DNA of 64,000 nucleotides from an uncultured Alistipes sp. (GTDB lineage Bacteria; Bacteroidota; Bacteroidia; Bacteroidales; Rikenellaceae): NCBI GenBank assembly GCA_944321955.1, contig CALUNG010000009.1, positions 597 to 64,596 of the forward strand, read 5' to 3'. Shown piece by piece: positions 58,143 to 64,000 of this stretch (position 1 is its first letter; each line of letters starts with the position of its first letter). The notes under the pieces were generated by a model. It saw only the letters and a program-made list of their open reading frames with translations, ran no database searches and was not told where the DNA came from. The position numbers and the translations under genes were made by a program.

Positions 58143-59426
58143 ATGAGTGTTGATATTGCTTTGCTCGAATGGGGACATAGTGTTCTGTATGAGATGAATG
58201 TGCGTCAGCTGACGCCTGAAGGAACGTTGCGCGCCGCTACCGAACGTCTTGAGTTTCTGCGGGCCGTGGGGGTTGATGCCGTGTGGCTTATGCCGATATA
58301 TCCCATCGGTGAGGTCGAACGCAAGGGGTCGTTGGGTTCCTACTATTCCGTCCGCGACTATTGTGCCGTGAATCCCGAATTCGGCGACATGGCCGATTTC
58401 GACCGATTCGTGTCCGAGGCGCACCGCCTGGGTATGCGCGTATTGCTCGACTGGGTAGCCAATCATACCTCGCGTGATGCCCGCTGGCTTACGGAAAAGC
58501 CATCGGACTGGTATGAACGAGACGAACATGGGGAGGCATTGGTCCCGTGCGACTGGAACGATACCGCCAAACTGAACTATGCCAACCATGACGTATGGCG
58601 CGGTCAGATCGACTCGATGCTCTTCTGGGTAATGGAACACGCTGTCGATGGATTCCGATGCGACATGGCGATGCTTGTGCCCATAGAGTTCTGGCGCGAG
58701 GTGTCGGCGGCCCTGCATGCCGTGAAGCACGACATATTTATGCTTGCCGAGGCCGAGGAACTGAACCTGTTTGACGGAGCATTCGATGCAAGCTATGCCT
58801 GGGAGATGCACCACATAATATGCGACATAGCGCAGGGACGCCGGCGTGTTACGGCCTTACGCGATTACGTCTATGCCGACATGGCGCGTTACCGCCGCAG
58901 TGCCTTCCGCCTGATGTTTACATCGAACCATGATGAAAACTCATGGAACGGCAGTGAATTCGCGCGCCTCGGCGCGGCAGTGGAGATCATGGCGGCCCTG
59001 ACGTTCGTGTTGCCTCAGAGCCTTCCGCTGATATATACGGGACAGGAGGTCGGCTACGATCACAGTTTTGCCTTTTTCGACCGCGATCCGATACCCGATT
59101 ACCGTCCCGATTCACATACGGAACTCTATCGACGCCTGACGGCCCTGCGTCATTCGCAGGCTGCGCTTGCGTCGGGCGAGGCATGCGGCAGCTTCGTCGA
59201 GATACGCAACAATGCCGAGGATTGCCTGATGACCTTTGTACGCGAATCGGGCGACAGCAGGGTGGTATGCATCATGAATGTTTCGCCATACGCCATACAT
59301 GCCGATTTCAATACGGGCATATATGCCGGCACATATCGCGATGCCATGCACGGCGGCGATTTCGAACTTTACGGTCATGTTGAGCGGGACATGGCGCCGT
59401 GGGAATACCATATTTTGACGAAATAA
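58143..59426 (+). CDS. GH13 alpha-amylase family glycosidase (no signal peptide)
   Basis: DWVANH, DGFRCDMA, LAEAE, SNHDE catalytic motifs; ATG 58143 preferred over TTG 58113. Confidence 0.93.
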   Translation: MSVDIALLEWGHSVLYEMNVRQLTPEGTLRAATERLEFLRAVGVDAVWLMPIYPIGEVERKGSLGSYYSVRDYCAVNPEFGDMADFDRFVSEAHRLGMRVLLDWVANHTSRDARWLTEKPSDWYERDEHGEALVPCDWNDTAKLNYANHDVWRGQIDSMLFWVMEHAVDGFRCDMAMLVPIEFWREVSAALHAVKHDIFMLAEAEELNLFDGAFDASYAWEMHHIICDIAQGRRRVTALRDYVYADMARYRRSAFRLMFTSNHDENSWNGSEFARLGAAVEIMAALTFVLPQSLPLIYTGQEVGYDHSFAFFDRDPIPDYRPDSHTELYRRLTALRHSQAALASGEACGSFVEIRNNAEDCLMTFVRESGDSRVVCIMNVSPYAIHADFNTGIYAGTYRDAMHGGDFELYGHVERDMAPWEYHILTK

Positions 59427-59447
59427 CCATATATTTGCCATCGGAAC

Positions 59448-60380
59448 ATGAAACGACTGATTATATTGCTGCTGGCCCTGATGACCGTGGCGGTCGGCCG
59501 TGCCGGCGTTTACGGCGTCGACGAGGTGCCGAACGTACAGACGTCGAATCGCTTCAGATTTACGTCCAATCCCGACGGCATTCTTTCGTCCGGGGCCGTT
59601 GCGCATATCGATTCGGTATGTTATGCACTGCGGCACGGCAATGTGGCTCAGGTGGCTGTCGTGGCCGTTGACGATATCAAGGGTGACGACGTGTTCACGT
59701 TCGCCTACGATCTCTTTTCGAAATGGGGAGTCGGACGGGCCGACCGCGACAACGGCCTGGGCATACTGCTTGTGGCCGATCGGCGTGAAATACGGGTGCT
59801 GACGGGACGTGGGCTCGAGGGCGTGTTGCCCGATGCCATCTGTAAACGCGTGCAGATGAAATACATGTTGCCGTATTTCCGCAACGGCGATTACAGCTCG
59901 GGAATGGTTGCCGGAGTCGATGCCATGGCGGCTTTGCTACAGGGCAGCGAGGTGGATCTGAGCGGTACGGACGACTATGTGCCGGAGGATGATGCCGATG
60001 CGGGATTTATTCTCCTTGTCATGCTGTGCATGTTCGGATTGCCGTTGCTGTTTGCGGTTGTGGCGTTGCTGCTTCGCAGACGATGCCCGGCATGCAAGGC
60101 CTTTGCCCTGCATCAGTGCGATGTGAGCAATGTAAAGGATGCCAACGGCGTGAAATACGTATATACGACTTATGTATGCTCGAAGTGCGGTCATAAGGTG
60201 GTACGGCGTACGCGCCGACACGACGACAGCGGCTTCGGCAACGGGCGTGGCGGCGGTATGATTATCGGCGGCGGATTCGGCGGCTTTGGTGGCGGCGGTG
60301 GAAGCATCGGCGGCGGCTTCGGTGGCGGCGGCTTCGGTGGCGGCAGCTTCGGCGGTGGCGGCTCGGGCTCGCGCTGGTAA
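59448..60380 (+). CDS. TPM domain protein with TM, CxxC..CxxC motif and Gly-rich tail
   Basis: Signal peptide; QVAVV, KWGVG..DNGLGIL, GRGLEGVLPD; GGGSFGGGGSGSRW end. Confidence 0.9.
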   Translation: MKRLIILLLALMTVAVGRAGVYGVDEVPNVQTSNRFRFTSNPDGILSSGAVAHIDSVCYALRHGNVAQVAVVAVDDIKGDDVFTFAYDLFSKWGVGRADRDNGLGILLVADRREIRVLTGRGLEGVLPDAICKRVQMKYMLPYFRNGDYSSGMVAGVDAMAALLQGSEVDLSGTDDYVPEDDADAGFILLVMLCMFGLPLLFAVVALLLRRRCPACKAFALHQCDVSNVKDANGVKYVYTTYVCSKCGHKVVRRTRRHDDSGFGNGRGGGMIIGGGFGGFGGGGGSIGGGFGGGGFGGGSFGGGGSGSRW

Positions 60381-60417
60381 CTTGTATATGAATTAACCGA
60401 TAAAAACATATTTGAAA

Positions 60418-60996
60418 ATGAAACGAATTTTCTTGATTGCATCCGTAGTGTTGTGCGCGTTGATGACATCGTGCTCTACCTACAACAACATGGTCTCGAA
60501 AGAGGAGGCCGTCAATGCGGCGTGGGGTAACGTCCAGACGCAGTATCAGCGTCGTGCCGACCTCATTCCCAACCTTGTGAATACGGTCAAGGGCTATGCG
60601 GCCCACGAGCAGAATACGCTCGATGCCGTTGTCGAGGCGCGAGCCAAGGCTACCTCCATAAACCTTTCGGCCGAAGATCTTACGCCCGAGAAGCTCGACG
60701 AATTCCAGCAGGCACAGGGCGAGGTGCGTTCGGCGCTCGGACGTCTGATCGCCGTAGCCGAGAACTATCCCGACCTGAAGGCCAACCAGAATTTCCTCGA
60801 GTTGCAGGCTCAGCTGGAGGGAACGGAGAACCGCATAGCCGTTGCGCGCACGCAGTTCAACGATGCAGTGAACGCATATAACGTGTCTGTGCGCAAGTTT
60901 CCGGCAAATCTTGTAGCCATGATGTTCTCGTTCGAGCAGAAGCCCTATTTCGAGGCTGACGGCGGCAGTGTGCAGGCTCCGGCCGTGGAGTTCTGA
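60418..60996 (+). CDS. lemA: LemA family protein
   Basis: YQRRADLIPNLV..VKGYA.HE, ENYPDLKA..NF..LQ..LE.TENRI; ATG 60418. Confidence 0.96.
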   Translation: MKRIFLIASVVLCALMTSCSTYNNMVSKEEAVNAAWGNVQTQYQRRADLIPNLVNTVKGYAAHEQNTLDAVVEARAKATSINLSAEDLTPEKLDEFQQAQGEVRSALGRLIAVAENYPDLKANQNFLELQAQLEGTENRIAVARTQFNDAVNAYNVSVRKFPANLVAMMFSFEQKPYFEADGGSVQAPAVEF

Positions 60997-61020
60997 TACT
61001 CGACGTCTCTATGCATTATG

Positions 61021-61052
61021 ATGCGTACCTCCCACAAGAGGTGCGCATTTTT
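61021..61052 (+). terminator. Intrinsic terminator after lemA
   Basis: ATGCGTACCTC-CCACAA-GAGGTGCGCAT followed by T-run. Confidence 0.75.
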
Positions 61053-61151
61053 ATGTATATGGTACATAATATGTTCATTTTCCGGTGTTAATGGCAATAT
61101 ATTGTTGTTGTAGCTCGTTTTGCGACAGAAAAGATGCAGCAGACGGATGTG

Positions 61152-61160
61152 CCCCCCCCC
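61152..61160 (+). repeat. C9 homopolymer upstream of lipoprotein gene
   Basis: Nine consecutive C in an otherwise AT-rich intergenic region. Confidence 0.7.
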
Positions 61161-61205
61161 TTGTTGCATTTGTACCATAAATAATACCTTAAAAACACTG
61201 CATTT

Positions 61206-61637
61206 ATGAGACTTGAAAATTGTTTCAAGGCCGGATCGCACATTTTGAAGGTTGCGGTATTGGCTGTTTTGTGTACTTTGGCCATCGGCTGCTCCAAGGA
61301 GGATAAACTGGAGATTCCCGACTCCTTAAGCGAAAGCGTATGGACCATGTGGACGGAAGAGGGCAGCAAGGAGCTGGTATTCCATTCACATACCGAGTGT
61401 ACGCTTACGGTGAAACCGGTGGGCGGCGATCCGGTAGAGTACAGGTTTCTTTACAAATACCGTAAGCCTGCCCTCGAGCTCAGACCCTATGACGAGGGTC
61501 GCGGCGAGGAGTTGAAGGGATCGATATTCCGTTGGGACGATCACAGTATCGGAATGTCCTTGTATACGTCGGCCGACAACACCCTCGTATTTTCGTCCAG
61601 CAAGAGTGACGGCCATACTGTGTGGGCCGATTTATGA
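61206..61637 (+). CDS. Hypothetical lipoprotein
   Basis: Lipobox AIGC followed by SKEDK; 143 aa, beta-rich; A-rich initiation region. Confidence 0.7.
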   Translation: MRLENCFKAGSHILKVAVLAVLCTLAIGCSKEDKLEIPDSLSESVWTMWTEEGSKELVFHSHTECTLTVKPVGGDPVEYRFLYKYRKPALELRPYDEGRGEELKGSIFRWDDHSIGMSLYTSADNTLVFSSSKSDGHTVWADL

Positions 61638-61682
61638 TGTGATATGCCGGCCGAAATAAAGTCCGGCTGTCGATAATCCGAT

Positions 61683-61721
61683 AAAAAACGAGCCCCGGCA
61701 CTCAAGAAGAGTGCCGGGGCT
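61683..61721 (-). terminator. Intrinsic terminator for the minus-strand surface protein gene
   Basis: AGCCCCGGCACTC-AAGAA-GAGTGCCGGGGCT with an A6 run on the left. Confidence 0.85.
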
Positions 61722-61803
61722 TGATGTTAAGGCTGTTCCGAAGGCTTGCGACAAAGGTCTACCCAAACGCCGGAGCCGCCGCCTTCATAATGCCTCGATA
61801 GGG

Positions 61804-63999
61804 TTACTCTGTCTGGCTGCCGTCCATCATGGTTCCCTGAAGAACACCGAGGTTGCCCCAGAGGCCGCCTTCGTCGGTGGCCGTGATGGTTCCGCTGTTG
61901 GTGCAGTTCTCGATCATCAGCGCACCTCCGGTGGTCGTGTGACGGCCTATCATGCCGCCTACGTTGGTACCGCCGGTAATGTTGGCCGTATTCACGCAGT
62001 TCGAGATGCAGCGGCCGCCGCCGTAACCGTGGGTCTGACCTACGATACCGCCAACGTCGCTACCCGAGCATATGATCTCGCCGTGGTTCTCGCAGTTCTT
62101 AACCGAAGCGGAGTAGGGTGCCATGATGTCGGGGTAGGTGCCGTTGCAGCTGCTGCCTCCGTAGAGCTGTGCCGTGATGCCGCCGACGATCTCTGTACCT
62201 TTGATTGTGCCGTAGTTCTTGCAGTCGATGACCAGACCCGTACCTCTCGTTCCCGATACGATACCGGCCACGAAGTATGCGTCACCTTCAGCCGTTACGT
62301 CGGCATAGTTCGTAACGTTGATGATGTAACCTGTGTTCTGACCGCAGCCGAGGGGCGATACAGCACCGTTGGCATTCGAATAAACCGTTCCGTCAATTAC
62401 CAGGTCGCGGATGCAACCGCCGTAGATTACATAGGTCTTGCCGTCGAGTTCGTATGCATATTCGCTGTTTCGTTCCTCTTCGGTGGTGGCCTCGTAGATG
62501 TACGAGTTGCCCTTGCCGTTGAAGCGTGCGAGCAGACCTACGTTGCTGCCTGCACCGAGCGAGCTCTCCGACGTGAGGTTAACGGTCAGCTTGTGGCCGT
62601 CGCCGTCGAGCAGGAAGCCCATGACACCGAGGTTCCTGACCGGAGTAGCGCTCATGTCGATGTCGTTGGTGAGCTTCAGTACAGCGCTGTATATCAGGTC
62701 GTACATGCCGGCGGTATAGAGTTCGCCGATCTTGAGCATGTCCTCGGGGGTAGAGAGCAGATAAGGATCTTCGGGGGTACCCGAACCGCCGCCCGAGAAG
62801 AGAGGCATTTCGAGTACATAGATGTTCTCGTCTGCAGGCTCTTCGGTAAGTTCGCCGCCTTCCTCTACGGTTACTATTGTCTTTGCACCGGTGTTGTCGG
62901 CGGTTCTTGCGATGCTGCCTACCGTGCCGTAGATGTCTACGTTGCCCGACTGTACGTTGAGTTCGTCAACGGAAGAATCCTCACCGACGGTCAATGGAGC
63001 TGCCGAGCAGGTAACTGCGCCGTAATCGCCTTCGAGTGTCACGTCCGAAGCGGGAGCGTTGATGTTGACATCGCCCGCGCCCTCTTCGATTACAACGGTT
63101 ACGTTGCCGGCATATTCGCCGTTCTCGGTAACCACTTCTATCGAGGCACCTTCCTCTACGCTGCTGAATACGAGTACGAGGTTTTCGCCTTCCATGCCTG
63201 CCGGAATTACGACCGTGTTGTCAGTGCCGGTTACGGGTTCGGTTACGGTGTACTCCTTGGCATCGAGGCCTTCAAGTACGCTGTTAAGCTCGTCGATATT
63301 CGAAACTGTCTCTACATTCTTGTCGATGGAGCCGTCGAATTCGGGAACGACCGTAACGTTGATGTCGGCCTTCTTGGTCAGAAGGTTACCCGATACGTTG
63401 GTGCGGTAGTTGCGCTGAACCGGAATGTTCGTGAATTCGTAAGCCGTTGCCACCTCGGCGTCATCGCTGTTGAGGAACGACATGGTGAAGTTCACGAGAT
63501 ACTGCTCCGTACCGTTGGGGGCGAAGATGTAGTCGAACGTCAGATCACCGGTCTCGCTGTCAACCACGTCGACCGCTGCCGAGTAATCTACGGCTACGGT
63601 CTCGCCTGCGAGTTCACCAGTGAGCAGGTTGATGCCGGTGTATACCTTCTCGAAAGCTATCGAGGCTTTGGTCGGAACGAGTGCCTTGTTGGCCTTTTTA
63701 ACTTCGGCTGCATCGAGGGTCTTGACGTTGAGCTGACCGAAGGGACGGCGAAGCTCCACCGAAACGGCCTGGCTCTTGTCGGCCGTTACGGTTGCGGTAC
63801 CGAAGAAGGCGTCGCGTTCGTCGTCGTTGCCGAGATATTGTTCAGCATCGGCAAACGTAACGTTCTCGAGGTCGGCAGTCACATAGTGCTTGTCGGTGAA
63901 GTTTTCCGGGTTGTCACCGTTGGCGCAGTCGGCCCAGAAGGCCAGCGTGTACTCCTCGCCGGCAACAAGCCTTGCCTGGAACGTGGCCTTGAGACCTTC
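61804..63999 (-). CDS. DUF6562-like (pilin-type) surface protein with C-terminal GLUG-like beta-helix repeats; 5'-truncated
   Basis: Frame stays open to the window edge (...ARLVAGEEYTLAFWAD...HYVTADL, NDDERDAFF, ELRRPFGQLNV, NIPVQRNYRTNVSG). Then FSGGGSGTPEDPYL, LTNDIDM and VGGI.G..NC.N repeats. Confidence 0.8.
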   Translation of the reverse strand, partial: EGLKATFQARLVAGEEYTLAFWADCANGDNPENFTDKHYVTADLENVTFADAEQYLGNDDERDAFFGTATVTADKSQAVSVELRRPFGQLNVKTLDAAEVKKANKALVPTKASIAFEKVYTGINLLTGELAGETVAVDYSAAVDVVDSETGDLTFDYIFAPNGTEQYLVNFTMSFLNSDDAEVATAYEFTNIPVQRNYRTNVSGNLLTKKADINVTVVPEFDGSIDKNVETVSNIDELNSVLEGLDAKEYTVTEPVTGTDNTVVIPAGMEGENLVLVFSSVEEGASIEVVTENGEYAGNVTVVIEEGAGDVNINAPASDVTLEGDYGAVTCSAAPLTVGEDSSVDELNVQSGNVDIYGTVGSIARTADNTGAKTIVTVEEGGELTEEPADENIYVLEMPLFSGGGSGTPEDPYLLSTPEDMLKIGELYTAGMYDLIYSAVLKLTNDIDMSATPVRNLGVMGFLLDGDGHKLTVNLTSESSLGAGSNVGLLARFNGKGNSYIYEATTEEERNSEYAYELDGKTYVIYGGCIRDLVIDGTVYSNANGAVSPLGCGQNTGYIINVTNYADVTAEGDAYFVAGIVSGTRGTGLVIDCKNYGTIKGTEIVGGITAQLYGGSSCNGTYPDIMAPYSASVKNCENHGEIICSGSDVGGIVGQTHGYGGGRCISNCVNTANITGGTNVGGMIGRHTTTGGALMIENCTNSGTITATDEGGLWGNLGVLQGTMMDGSQTE

Positions 64000-64000
64000 G

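Noticed and set aside
60247-60365. GGCGGC repeats as CRISPR or VNTR
   Set aside because: In-frame Gly codons of the usual TPM Gly-rich tail; no spacers, no cas genes.
1-64000. tRNA, rRNA, CRISPR array, prophage or IS
   Set aside because: None recognisable; intergenic gaps are short and explained by promoters and terminators.

Overview
Chromosomal window from a Bacteroidota, most likely an Alistipes-like Rikenellaceae. This is inferred from high GC3 coding, TAnnTTTG -7 promoter boxes, SusC/D and fimbrillin-type lipoproteins. No tRNA/rRNA, CRISPR, integrase or transposase was seen. Left to right: (1) a beta-glucan-type polysaccharide utilisation locus (GH3-SGBP-susD-susC <> HTCS-BACON/GH5-GH3), whose two promoters share a 28-bp putative HTCS operator; (2) an NtrC-type two-component system divergent from a TolC-adaptor-2x permease-ATPase (MacAB-like) operon, with a full sigma54 architecture (UAS pair, IHF-like site, GG-N10-GC); (3) a glpABC-glpK-glpF glycerol operon; (4) a lower-GC type V pilin/fimbrillin cluster; (5) housekeeping genes (fabD, ROK, coaE, folP, radA, rseP, dxr and others); (6) an orphan wza-wzc-capless HAD unit, GH13, TPM-LemA, and a 5'-truncated DUF6562-like surface protein. 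The top candidate for a new system is in cluster (4): a fimbrillin lipoprotein fused to an intact IdeS/Mac-1-type cysteine endopeptidase domain (a possible pilus-displayed immunoglobulin protease). It is accompanied by a paralogous pilin, a convergent multidomain pilin and an un-called 52-aa peptide gene. Family assignments rest on motif recognition from memory, not on database searches.
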